A stretch of 63,214 nt of DNA, filler included, from Rhabdomonas costata (GCA_019059605.1; 37 parts of 37 records of this genome joined end to end with filler, not necessarily neighbours in it); one strand, 5' to 3'. Counted from the first letter of the whole stretch, positions 11,990 through 24,321 are shown. The notes: generated by a model not told the origin, from the sequence alone. Numbers and translations: made by a program.

Positions 11990-13220
11990 TGCGACGGTGC
12001 ACACCGCCGACTCCAGAGTGTCATCGGGGTGGCACATCACCACACTGAGAGGCTAAATTTCACACAGACGCACACGCATGCAAAGGAGGAAAACTTCCCC
12101 TTCGCGTGGACATGGGCCCAAAACCTTTCTCAAAGCAACGCTGGGATGTCTTGGGATAGGACAGCTTCTAAGGGGTAAAGCCGAAGCTGGCCCTCAGTCA
12201 AAGCTCAGTAACTACGCGTTGCCTTTTTTTTTTTGAGAGGTGAATAGTTAAGTCTGCACACAGCACAGGAGAATGAGTTGCACACTTTGGGGGCAGAGCC
12301 CGGCCGCTGCTTGAAATCCGGAATAGAGAGGGTCAGGTGCTCTTCGGAGAGATCCTGAAGTCCTCTCAAATCGGAGGAGCTGAGGAAAAGAAAAAAAGCG
12401 TCACTTGAAGCCGATTCGCTGCACCAGCACCAGAACCGAAGAACCCTTTGGATACAACTTCAGAATCGAAATGGATACCAGGGAGAGATGAGGGGGGAGG
12501 GGCAAAATGTGGAACTAAAGCCAGCAAGTTCAGCAGTTGAGTGTAAGTTCAAATGAATCATGTCAAACGTGATCAACCCAACCCACCCCAATATTATCAG
12601 CGCGTACTAGGGGGTGAAAGGTGGCAAGCAACGAAGATGGATACCACCCAAGCCCCCCGAAACGCAGTGCAGGGGAGGGGACCTCAGGACGTCTGTGATT
12701 CTGCCGTCATCGCTCAGGACAGCCACGCTGGTCACTCCATGCTCAATCATCTTCCGAAGCGCTTCCAGGGTGGAGGTTTGCCGCGGTACTGACACAACGG
12801 CCTTGGAAGTCTGTCCCACGACAAGACAAGACTGAAAAATTTACGAATTCAAGGCTTTTTTTTATGCGTTACGTGTGGTGCAATGTGTAAGCCAACGTTT
12901 CATGCCCCGGACAACCCATATGTTTCTCGAGACTACACCGAGCCCACTCAGCGCGAAAAAAATGTGCAAGCATTTGTCAAATCAAGAATGTTCAGGACAA
13001 ATCCTCCTCCTTTTCCTCTATACCTCCCTTTCTTTCCTTGCCGCCTCATAAAAAAAGGCAAACGGACCAAGTTCAGCTCGGAAAGAGTCTTTTTTGCGGA
13101 GTCTCCCAGCAGGGCTGTGTTCCGGGCGAGAAGCTGCACAGCGTCGGACTGCGTGAACAGCGCCGCCAGCCGCCCGTCATTGGTGGTGATCAACAATCGG
13201 TGCACGTGCCACTCTCGTTC
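11990..13220 (-). CDS. CBS-domain protein (AMPK-gamma/Sds23-like), partial (4 exons)
   Basis: Exons 13220-13068, 12810-12683, 12379-12286 and 12052-about 11990 with phase-consistent GT-AG introns: VHRLLIT...FTQSDAVQLL|...TLEALRKMIEHGVTSVAVL...LSSSDLRGL...|PLSVVMCHPDDTLESAV, i.e. tandem CBS motifs. Confidence 0.8.
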
Positions 13221-14252
13221 CTGTGCGAAGAGTGAACAGACGCACTCCATTCATTCACCCCAGAATTGCTATTCGTCGTGGGAGCGAAGTTGAAGGAGCT
13301 ACCTTCACCGCAACAGGCAAGAAACCCTGCTAGCTTTTGCGTTTTCAGAGGAGGAGCCTTCCTTTGCCGCGCTTAGCCACACCCTCACGGCCCTTAAGAA
13401 TCATCCCATTCCTAAGAAGGAAGGGAAACGGGGTTGAAGGGATGCACGCGTCCGTGAGCCCCCACATGCCTCGCACAATTTGAACGCTCTGAAACCAAAG
13501 TTACACCCATCACACCGAAAAATGGATTTTCTTTTTCCTCGCAGCACGCATTTGCATCCTCCACGACCCAGCCACCGGAATATCACACACACNNNNNNNN
13601 NNNNNNNNNNNNNNNNNNNNNNNNNNNNNNNNNNNNTTAATTAATTAANNNNNNNNNNNNNNNNNNNNNNNNNNNNNNNNNNNNNNNNNNNNCAAGAAAA
13701 GATCCGACTTCGAATTTTCAGATTCGGCCAGAAGGGCCTGTGTGGAATAACCATCTACAGAGTGCGGGCAAGTTTCAGAGTTCGGCAGCAAGCGACCGAG
13801 TCCACAGAGTTCAGGGGACCGTTGATTTCAGAGGAGTCGAGTTCATCTCATCCCCCCCCTGAGTGGAGGTCAGCCCAATTCCAGAGGTGGGTTCCGATTT
13901 GATGTCAGGAAATCCGCCACCTCCAAAGCCGAGCGCAGCCCCCGCACCACAGATGGAGCAGCGTATACCATGTGGCATATGGACACAGAGGCCCAACATC
14001 CCATGCCGAATCATACTCCCTATTCAAAGGGAAAAACGGGCTCCCAAAAGGGTTTTTAAAAATGTCCATGTGTGCACTTGCTTCAAGCATGCTCGAGCAA
14101 CATAAATGGCCTCTGTGTAGTTGGTTTTGGTTTGTGTGTTGGGTACAACTTTCCTTTATGTTGCCCAAACCTCAGGTTTCTTTGGTACCTTAGAAAAGCG
14201 TCCCTGTGGTTTTTTCTACTGGATACCATTTCCATGTTTTGTTTGTTTTCAG

Positions 14253-14411
14253 AATTGCGGCAGCTCCGGTACGTGTCCCAAGTGCGGTGGAAAGCTGCGG
14301 AAACCCAGGCATGGGCACGGAGGATGCTGGAAATGCGGGGTGAAGGATGCTTCGGGTGTCACCTGCAAGAAAAAGCCCAACCATCATTGGTGTGAAAAGC
14401 ATGCCACCTAA
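14253..14411 (+). CDS. Terminal exon of a small Cys/His-rich (putative zinc-binding) protein
   Basis: Pyrimidine tract and CAG acceptor, then NCGSSGTCPKCGGKLRKPRHGHGGCWKCG...CKKKPNHHWCEKHAT-stop with two CxxC pairs. Confidence 0.5.
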   Translation, partial: NCGSSGTCPKCGGKLRKPRHGHGGCWKCGVKDASGVTCKKKPNHHWCEKHAT

Positions 14412-15736
14412 AGGAACACCCACCTCCCAGCCATTGTGCTTGACTCTGCTCTTTGCATGTTGATTTCTTTTCCTGGTGTGTGGTCACCAATTCTATTTCT
14501 ATAAGCAGTGGAAAACTTCGTTTTCGTGTGAAAAAATCTGTTCGGCTATTGCGCTTTGCGCTTATGCACCCAGCGGAATTTGTTCAACTCCAGACCATCC
14601 ATCACAAGGATCAGTGCTCGAGACTGGCTTTTAGCCACATTTGGCAGCGTGCGTTCTTGCTTTGCTTGTGTGTTTGTAGCTTTGCTTCGTGAGCACTTGC
14701 TCCTGTTGCGGTGTGGCGGTTCCTGCTGTTTATGCTGGCTGGCAGGAAAGGCGAATTTGAAGCACAGTTACGGTTAGAAGATTCAAAGATGTCTGCGCAA
14801 GTCTGATTTGGAGCCGGAAGCAAATTATAAATAGAACGTTTCGGAGAGTTTAGAAAACTTCGGACTTACCTCTCATATTATTCCTGTATGCCTGTATGGA
14901 AGGGCGTTTATATCACCGCTATAAAGAGCGGGCCTGCTAAGAAACCAAGCCCAGCGGGACAAACGAAAGCAAACGACCCACACTATCCGGATGGAACGGC
15001 TGCTTTTGAGATGCGCCCGGCGTTCCGCGCCCAGGCCGCCTGTTTTTGGCGCTTTTTCTCCCCGTGCGTTGCCGTGGTGGGTGCGTTATGCAAGGTGGGC
15101 TGCCAGGCCATAACGTTCATCCTGCCAACCAAGGGGAAGGGGTGTGTTGACTTCTGCGGGCTCGCGGCCTCGGCTTATTCACGGGGGAACGCTAGCGGCG
15201 ACTCTGGCTACACCTTCTTTCCCTCTCATCCCTTCCGAAAGGCTGGGACTTACGAACTACTTCCGCGGCAACAGTGCTCAAACAGCTCCGATACCCACAC
15301 CACCNNNNNNNNNNNNNNNNNNNNNNNNNNNNNNNNNNNNNNNNNNNNTTAATTAATTAANNNNNNNNNNNNNNNNNNNNNNNNNNNNNNNNNNNNNNNN
15401 NNNNAAAACATTCAATGCCAATTATTAATTCTAGCTGTGCCTAAGCGCACCCGCAGTCGCTGTCCACGTCGATCGCCTGATCTTGGCTGGCTTGTCGGCA
15501 CGGGTAAACTTTGCAGCTCACGTTCCAGCTCCCGGAGAAGGCGGCCAAATTTCTGTAATCCTCGATCATTTTGAAAGGCTACTGAGTTGCCTCGAGAGGA
15601 CACTTTCTTGCCAACAAGAACGTTTTTCTCTGCTTGTTTGTCCGTTTGTCTGGTTGATCTTCACTGTGCTCCTTTCCACACCATTCGGCGTCATTCGGCA
15701 CATAGTGCACAAAAACCCTTTTTACCTTTCCCGCAG

Positions 15737-16269
15737 TTTCTGTGGCCGTGGTGAACTGTGAGGGACAGTTTGTTTCCCGCGGCAACTGCTCCGCTAGCTG
15801 TGGCCCTGGAATCCAAACCCAAGAGTTCCACATCACTGTCCCTGCGAACGACCGGGGCAGGGCGTGCGAGCACGCCCACGGCGACACCCAGACCCAGAAC
15901 TGCCAGCTTCGACCCTGTGGTATCTTCCTCTCCCCCTTCCACACAAACATAGTGCGGTGTGTGGTGTCACCTGTGTAATTGTCAAGCTCCTCAAGTTCAG
16001 TAGCTGTAATAGAAATCAATGCTGGCTTCCTTCCCTTCTAGTCGTGAATTGCCCTCCAGTGTGACCCCGATTGTTTTTTGCACTTGCAGTGACGGGCCCC
16101 GTTGTGAACTGCGAGGGCCACTTTGAATACGGCAATTGCTCCGCAAGCTGTGGCCCTGGGGTGCAGACGGGGGTGTTCAAGGTCACCCAGGTGGAATCCG
16201 GCGGGGGCAACCCTTGCGAGCACTCTGCCGGCGAGACGGCGAGTCAGAGCTGCGAGATCAAGCCTTGCG
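15737..16269 (+). CDS. Two thrombospondin type-1 (spondin-like) repeat exons
   Basis: Exons 15737-15919 and 16090-16269, both phase 1-1 with GT-AG, each encoding VNCEG..GNCSASCGPG.Q....G..CEH..G.T..Q.C...PC. Confidence 0.85.
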
Positions 16270-19153
16270 GTGTGTTTGCAAGGGCGGGGAGGCTTGGTTC
16301 GGGGTGAGCCGTTCGGAGTCTAGTGTCGGCACGCTGTTTGGGCCTGCATAGGTTGTTGCTCTCTGTAGGTTGTATCCAATGCTGTTCGTGCTTCAGTCCG
16401 ATATTATTTGGATGTTTTTATTTCATGAACTATTAGACTTTAGTGAAACGCATAATGGCAATCACAAAGGGTGATTTGGCAAGACAAAATCAATGAAAAT
16501 ATTACAAAAAACTGACCTTTCCCTTGCGTTCCTTCCCTCTCAGTTGCGCTTGCTATATTCGCGTTTTTCTTGGAACAGCCCAGTATACTGAATAAGTCTC
16601 TCTTTAAGAAACAGAGCGGTCAGCATTTGCCGAGCCTTGATCTTGCTGCAGAACCCGTTTATTTGAGTTCCCTTTCCCGTAGCGCTTTCCTGCGGTTGCA
16701 GTCATCGTGTATCTTTGCCTTCACTTGAAAACCGGGTTTCATCACGTTTTTAGACATTCCCGGATTTTTTTTACCCGGCTTGAAAAAAGGGAATGTGAAC
16801 TGCCACGGCCCAATTGCTGTACGCAACCCATGATTGCCAAAGAGTTTGCGATTTCCTCCCATTGTCTTCCCTTGGACAGCGGGAAACGAAAGTTTCCGAA
16901 GGAAACCTCTATTCTGAGACACTGCTGTGTAGATTCCACGCCGTTATGCATGATACTCTGTCCAAAATCAAAGGATTCCAGAGTCCGCAAACACACAAGT
17001 TCAGAAACACCACCCCNNNNNNNNNNNNNNNNNNNNNNNNNNNNNNNNNNNNNNNNNNNNTTAATTAATTAANNNNNNNNNNNNNNNNNNNNNNNNNNNN
17101 NNNNNNNNNNNNNNNNGGGTTTGGGTACCGCGCTGGTCGTTTCTGGTGTTCGTGTGCCCGTGTCATACCGGAAACCGCCTGATAGGACCCTTCCGAAACT
17201 TGCTTCGGACTCATGGGGTTTCAAACGAATGTGCACCCCAGACATGCCAAAGCAACCTTGGGATCCATGCTTGCAAAAGAGAAAACCTGATAAAAGCACC
17301 AACCTTTGATTGAAGAGTGCCATCGCACCCGTTAAACTCACCATTCGCCACTTGCGAGAGGAACGCACGTTCCACTACTTTTGAAAACCCAAGACTTTTG
17401 AGACTAGTTCACACCGGTCTGGTTGGACAGTAACCGCTTTTCGTCCGTCCCCCTCCCAACAACAACGGAGATGCACCCCAAGAGCTCTAGGCATCACAGA
17501 GGAGGAACAAAGAGAGGCATCACAGGGAAGGAATCAGCACATCCAATAAAACGCAAGCCGCCCCGCAGTCCAAGACATCCTGGACCTTCAGAAATGTCTT
17601 TTTCGATCCATAAAGCCAAGTTACGATGCCGCCTTGGAACCAGGGGGTACATATCCGTTTGTTAGGTTGGTGACTGCGTTGGGAGTGCCATTCGTGGGAG
17701 CACCAGACTACTATACCCCTCCCCCCGACAACATCCCTTCCATTATTTTGTCATCTTTTCCCCACCCGAGGACGGTGCCCAAGCAAAGCCTTTCTTCGTC
17801 CCACAGCAGTTTTATCGTCATGGACACGTTTAACTCACTCACCCAGGAAATAGGCAAAAATCGTCACTTCCAACTACAGCGGCTTCATGAGGAAGGAACT
17901 CTAAAACACAAAACCAAGTTGAAATGCCTTTTACCTTTTCCTGCGCTTCAACCCTGGTTTCTCGAGCATTCACACTGTCAATACATGGTCCTTGGGGTCA
18001 ACAAAGCATTTCCAGAAGTTATTATGAACCCTACTTTGTGCGCGAAAGTTCCACATGGGTGATTCCATCAGTCCTTTTTTCTCCCGAAACCTCTCTAAAG
18101 TCAAAAAGTGTTCGGGTTTTGTCACAAAACCCATGCATGCAAAAGTGGGTGAAATCCCGGTGTCCAAAGCGATTTCAATTCCCGAAAAAGCCAGATTCAA
18201 TAAGGGGGGGTGTTGGTCCATACTTCAGCCAGACTGCATAGCATATCCTGCGAACTACAAGCACACAAAAAACCTTGCCCAGGGGCAGGCGATGGAGACC
18301 GCTGACCAGAGCGGTCAATTTACCGAAAAAAGCTCCAATTCAGCAAGATTTCCACAAAAAAAAATGATAGGCGAATTTTCCTTCGATCTCGACTCCAAAA
18401 AAATCCAAAAAAAAAAAAAAAGTCAATATGTGATAGGTCCATGGAATCTGTGCAGATTCTCCCTCAAAGAAAAGAGGGAGAGAGATGTACAGCAACTTTC
18501 CCTTGTTGAAATTTTTATTTTTGATATTTATAACATGACCTGTATGTAACGATGAATTCGATATTTCGAGAAGAGAGATCACTGATTACTGATACTACTC
18601 ACATACCCACAACCGTTTCCATAATACTTACTTTGAACAAAAAAGGGTTTCACGCCATTTCAGGAGCGCAGAACAAGTGCTCACCGCATGGTGCGTTTTC
18701 GCCTTCTTGTGTGTAAGGGCTCCTCAGANNNNNNNNNNNNNNNNNNNNNNNNNNNNNNNNNNNNNNNNNNNNTTAATTAATTAANNNNNNNNNNNNNNNN
18801 NNNNNNNNNNNNNNNNNNNNNNNNNNNNTGCAGCGGTGGGCTTCTGAGTGTGAGTGTGAGTGGAGGGACCAGGTCCCGCACATATGATTCGTTCTTGGGG
18901 AGAATTAGGGGAGGGATCCAGCATATAGCAATCTGACCCCCTTTGTTAAACATGCTCGAAGGCAGCCTGGTGAAGGCGGGAGGGATGGAGGTGGGGTGCA
19001 AAAACCCCTAAATAAATAGAAAGCCCCTGCCTTCGACGGCACGGTTTCCCTATTTTCTCCCTCTCCTGCTTCCCCCCAGTTTCTCTGTCCAGATGCTGGG
19101 AAAGGTGGACAACAGCTTCGAAGAACGATCCCCCCCCCTCACACAAAGCATAC

Positions 19154-19632
19154 CCTTCGCTCGAGAGCACCACGATCTTCGGGTCGTTCACGCTTCCGTG
19201 GATCTGCAGCACCGGCCGCGGCCTCCCCGAGGCCCTGCCCCCTCCGTCACTTCTGTGGTGCCTCAGGATGTCCAGGTACGGGTAGGAGTCCTGGCCTCTC
19301 TGCTTCTTTGCGAACAGCCCCGACCACCGGCACCGCTCGCCGCACTCCGCGTTGCCCTGCTGCAAAGCTCTGGGAGAGAGGGCGATACCGTGGGAGGCAG
19401 GGCTGGGGGAGTTCGGCGGTTCGGGATCGGCGGCGGGCTTCTCTCCGCAAAAACACAGCTCCGCGCTGTAGTTCGTGGTGAGCACGGAGTGGAAAGGGAT
19501 GTACTGGAGGTGGTCCAGCCGAGAGGCCAGCACGGCCAGCTTGGGTTCAGCACGTTTCTGACGGATGTCCGAGCCCTGAGGCGCAGCCTTCTTCACGATC
19601 CAGCAGATGCTGTCCTGAAGATACTCCGTGTC
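19154..19632 (-). CDS. SIR2-like (SIR2_2 / FAM118-type) domain exon, partial gene
   Basis: CAG acceptor at 19634-19633 and GTATGC donor at 19153; motifs VLTTNYS and VLQIHGSVNDPKIVVLSSEG(Y) match the TTNYD and xHG...VLxxxxY motifs of SIR2_2 NADase-type domains. Confidence 0.72.
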
Positions 19633-19733
19633 CTGAGATGGTTGGGAAAGGAGGAAGATGGGCGGGGTGGGGGCCTGTGAGACCAAGACCTGTTCTATGG
19701 GAACGAATATCGCCCTTTGTCCGCCGCTCGTGT

Positions 19734-19869
19734 GGGTAACTGGGACAGTGTATAATTTTGTATACGTTTGTATGGGTTTGTGCGCGAAAGTAAAAGACGA
19801 AGGAGAAGGGGGAAAGCGGAAAGAAAAGGGGAAGAAAAAACCTACCTACCACTCTGCCCCCTATAGCAC
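19734..19869. repeat. Dispersed repeat, copy 1 (second copy at 43658-43820)
   Basis: GGGTAACTGGGA...TTTGTA...TGCGCGAA...GGAGAAGGGG...GAAAGAAAAGG.GAAGAAAA...CCTATAGCAC is shared colinearly with another contig. Confidence 0.8.
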
Positions 19870-20889
19870 CTCCGCTGTGACTAGCACCCTGCGTGTGTTC
19901 AAGAAGATTCCCCCGTGTGTTTGCTGATGATCCCCTCCAACACACCGGGTCAACTCTCGCTGTTCACCGCTCCACAGATTTCCATAATATTCGCTGCTAT
20001 TAAGCTCTGGCGGCGTCGGCTACGGCAACACTGCGCTCTGTGATGCCCACCAGATTTAGAGCCCTATGTAGGACTGTGGCTGTACTCAACCTTTCACTCT
20101 GGGGTGGTTGGTATTTCGAACATGAAAGAGAGCCCAGGTAGATTTCATTAGCTCAACCTGTCAGGGTTTCCAGAGGGTCGTTTTGAGGCCAATTTCAGCC
20201 ATTTTCCACAGCGCAACTCGGTGCCTTTCTCACGGATATATAAATCCTTATAAATGCTAAGGCCGAAAGGGTCGTCACACTTTGCAGAGGCAGGTCTGAA
20301 AAGGGCCTTTCCAGGTCTCTCAAGGTCTCTCAACCAAACGCCCCAAGCTCGCCTCAAAAGGAGTCTCCGGAAGATGTAAACAAAGCCGTTACGGAACTAT
20401 TGTTCAGAAACTGCCAACCACAACCCCACACACCCAACACNNNNNNNNNNNNNNNNNNNNNNNNNNNNNNNNNNNNNNNNNNNNTTAATTAATTAANNNN
20501 NNNNNNNNNNNNNNNNNNNNNNNNNNNNNNNNNNNNNNNNCCCGATTCCTCCTTGGTGTTTCTCTTTCCTCTTTTGACCTCTCGGATGAATTCAATTTTA
20601 AAAAAATGAAACGTATTAATTTCAAACATATGATGTGTTTTTGTTTCTGTAGCCGGGGGGCCCATAACGGATTTAACCCGGGGACAGCAGCAAACAACTG
20701 GTGTGTGGGGAGCTGATGGTGGATGGAAAATTTAATGGGGATCCGTGCGATGTGTGGCGGGTGTGTGAGCGGTGCGAATGTTGGGGGAAAAGTTCGCAAC
20801 CGAAAAAAAAAAGGCACGAAACCAACGGTGTGAGGGGTATCCACGCTGCCGCACAAAACGCACAGCCTGGCCGATGGAGGCCGGAATGC

Positions 20890-21872
20890 CTCCTGCTAGC
20901 ATCCCGCGCAGTAAGCGCGCACGTGGACCCTGCCACTCCGGCCAGGTTCTCACGTTGCCGCTCTCACCCTGGCGGTCGGCGTCCGTCCGGTACGACAAGT
21001 TGGCCTTCACTGCGGCTTTTTTTGCTCGTCCAGTCCAGCCGCAGCCCCAGGCACTGCCTGCCGACTCAAATCCGACAGGCAGCAGGAGCAATTCACTGAG
21101 CTCGGCAGTCCCCTCTCGCTCAGCAGCAGTTCTCTCCGCCGGCACCACCACGAAGAAGTTGCCCGCTGTGGGAAGGTTGGAGGGTGGTAATGCACACACA
21201 CACATTCCCTTTTAAGTGCAACCAGTTCCACGCATGCAGCTGAGAGGTGTTGTCTTGTCCGAAGCGGCGGCGCCAACGTCACGGAGCTGCTGTTGAGCTC
21301 GCTCCAACTCCTGCGTCACGTTGCCCGGCTTGTCCTGCAGCGCAACAACCTGGAACAAGAAACAGATGCAGCGATGGGGTGATTGGACTAATAGTTCTCG
21401 CACGCAGAGAATCAAACGCTCATCCAGACATGGTGCCAGAAGAAGGGCACAAGAGTGCGCCTGGGAGTGTGCAACCCAATTTTATACATGGCCATGGCTG
21501 ATGCAAAGCAATGGGCACTGAAACAACAATGTCCAGAGGTCTGTTCAACTGGACCGGTGAAGCCAAAAAAAAACAGTAAGGGTAACCCTGAGTGATTTGA
21601 AGGCTAAGCCGAAGCAGGCATGAGGTGTTTTTGCATGTATACCAGGCCTGCCGAAACGCTGCCGGGCCGGTCCTGGGTTGGGGTCAGGAGTTTTTCCTGA
21701 ACTTATACCATCGGCGGTGGTGGCGCCTTTCGTTTCCCTTTTGCCCCACCCATCCTTCTTGACCCACGCAGCGGAGGGTGGTCCTCTTTTTGGTTCTATC
21801 GCTCTCGGCTCGCGCTCGAGCTTGAGCGAGACAGCAGATCAACCAACACAGTAAAAGAAGCTTTGCACCCAT
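20890..21872 (-). CDS. Possible secreted protein, 5' exons
   Basis: ATG at 21872 gives the signal-peptide-like MGAKLLLLCWLICCLAQARA; downstream AG-bounded GC-rich segments encode VVALQDKPGNVTQELERAQQQL and GNFFVVVPAERT; boundaries approximate. Confidence 0.35.
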
Positions 21873-22270
21873 TGAGTACCCCGCTTACGGTAAACACGGA
21901 GAAGTGGACAAAATCAGAGTGTGATTTATCCACGAAAGAAAATTTTTCAAGCCTCCATTCTTTGACAGCTCTCGTTTATCATAACAGAACCAAAAACAAT
22001 ACACTCCCAAAAAATACCGTCACTCGCAGCCTTCAAAGGTCCTCTTCGGCATCGAACGCTCATCCAGACAGGGAATGAGCACAAACTACGAGACAGAGTG
22101 GGGGGGACGGAAAGAACACAGCACCCAAAAATAACCGTCCAACGAACAACANNNNNNNNNNNNNNNNNNNNNNNNNNNNNNNNNNNNNNNNNNNNTTAAT
22201 TAATTAANNNNNNNNNNNNNNNNNNNNNNNNNNNNNNNNNNNNNNNNNNNNGTGGTTTTTTGGTTTGCCT

Positions 22271-22274
22271 TGTG

Positions 22275-22314
<40 letters not shown>
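22271..22314. repeat. (TG)n microsatellite
   Basis: Near-perfect TG dinucleotide run; similar TG/CA and CT tracts occur in many contigs. Confidence 0.9.
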
Positions 22315-22316
<2 letters not shown>

Positions 22317-22856
22317 GACGTCACGTGTCTGTCGTGTCGTTGGGGAATGGTGGAATGGAAAAGGTCCTATGGGTAACGGTGACGTGGGGACAAATGTGAA
22401 ATTACCGCCGAGGGGGGCATTCCATGCTTCTTTGTAGTGTAAATTCATCCAACGGATCAGATGTCGCCAAATGAGTAGCGAATCAGCGTGTTTAACTCTC
22501 TGAAATAAGGGTTGTGGTATGAATAGAGGACTCCTATTGTTGTGCCTGGTTATGTGCTAGTGCGGGCAAGTGCGGCACGCCACCCGTCTTCAGATTTACC
22601 ACATACCAAGGAATACACCTTCATTGTCCGTTGGCATGTCCGAGCGCCCATCGGATCAAAAACTATTGGCCGCTTCTATCGTGTAGTCTTTCTTCTTTGA
22701 CTCAGGGACGGGTCAGCCGCGCTTGCATTGAAATTTCCGGATGCTGGTGCGATTGCGGGGATGCTTAATTTTCAATTAATTGCTTCCATGGAATATGCAA
22801 GGTAGATGGTCTTTTTGGCACGGCCGTTCAGCTTTATTTACCTGCGATGCTCCTAG

Positions 22857-23173
22857 GCTTTGCCAGGGTTTCAGGATGTCCTCAGTCCTGGACCGCTCTG
22901 CGGTTTCTGTCAACTCTCGCTGCTTCCCCCCGGGCGAACATCACCCCACAGACCTTTACACCCCTGTTGGACATCTTCGCGGCCGCCTCCCAGCTGCCGG
23001 AGCTGGAAGAGAGCCTAGCACTAATGGCTTCCCTCGGGTTATCCCTTCCGCCTGAACGCGTCATAAGCCTGTGCAACGTCGTGAGCCGATCTCGGGCACC
23101 TCCTGCCAGCCTGGCTAAGGCCTTGTGCGAAGCGTTGAGTCCCACCACGTTAACCTCTCCTTCCGTTTCGCAG
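22857..23173 (+). CDS. Possible PPR-like helical-repeat exon
   Basis: AG/GT-bounded part of the 322-aa ORF; TPQTFTPLLDIFAAASQLPELEESLALMASLGL resembles the PPR consensus. Confidence 0.4.
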
Positions 23174-23661
23174 GTTGTCGACCTTCACATAGGCGTTTAC
23201 TGGGTGGATTTGTGTGTGTCCAGATGTACGGGTGATGCCCGCCAGGCAAGCGCTGTGCAGCCAGGGATTCTCAAGATGAGCTACCACAGCGTTGCCAATG
23301 CCCTACCCCCGGTACTTGCCTTCATGGTCACCGGGGCCGCCCTTCGATCCCGCCTTGCAGCAGGCGACCGCCGCACCACGGCAATGGATGAGGGAGAGAT
23401 TTCCCGGAGCTCCCGGTGGAACGTCAAGCTTCTGCTGCAGCGCTTGGGTGCCTCTATCCGAAGGTGCTGTGTGGTGGACCCGGCTTTGATTGGAACCAGA
23501 ACTGCCCCTGATGGTACCCTAGCTTCCGTCATGGGCTCCGAAGTAAGGAAGGACATCACAAGAGCTTCCGTTGCGACCCCGCCCTGGAGTTCCCGCGTGG
23601 GAGTACTCAAGGGCTCAGGCACTGTCTCTGGCCAAACTGCGCAGGTCTTCGGTCAGGTCGA

Positions 23662-23870
23662 TGGTGGGATTTTGTCGGAACTGGGGGTTACCAAGCCTGA
23701 AGGAAGAGATGTCTCAGATGCCCTAAAGGACGCTGGGGATGGCAGCCGCTTTGGTCTTGTCAGGAAGCCTGTGGGCGGAATTGCTGAGGTGCGTGCATTT
23801 CCGCAGCGCACTTGAGACTTTTGCTCTAGGCTTGCACTTTGCAACCCCCAGTTCCGACAAAATCCCACCA
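23662..23870. repeat. 28-bp perfect inverted repeat (23662-23689 / 23843-23870) at contig end
   Basis: TGGTGGGATTTTGTCGGAACTGGGGGTT versus AACCCCCAGTTCCGACAAAATCCCACCA. Confidence 0.9.
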
Positions 23871-24321
23871 CCCACNNNNNNNNNNNNNNNNNNNNNNNNN
23901 NNNNNNNNNNNNNNNNNNNTTAATTAATTAANNNNNNNNNNNNNNNNNNNNNNNNNNNNNNNNNNNNNNNNNNNNTTTTGTTGTTAGGGTCATTCCCCCC
24001 AAGCAGCAGCCGCGGAGGCGGGAAAACCTTCAGACTTGTGCCTTGTGCAAATATTGTGTGTGTCTGTGTGTGTTGTCTGGGTACTATGTTGCACCACAGC
24101 TGTTTTTCTTCGCCTTGGCATCGCACCAACCTGAAGGGCGCAGCTGAAGCTCCTTCTTCCATCCTCGTGGAGACTTTCTCTCTACCGCTCTCTCTCTCTC
24201 TCTCTTGTGGTTGTGTGTCCATCTCTTTGTGTGTCTGTGCGTGAGTGCGGTGGCGTGCTAAATGGCCCTTCCTCCGATCAGCGAGAAGGGTCGTGTCTTT
24301 GTCGTCGCGTCGACCGCAAGC

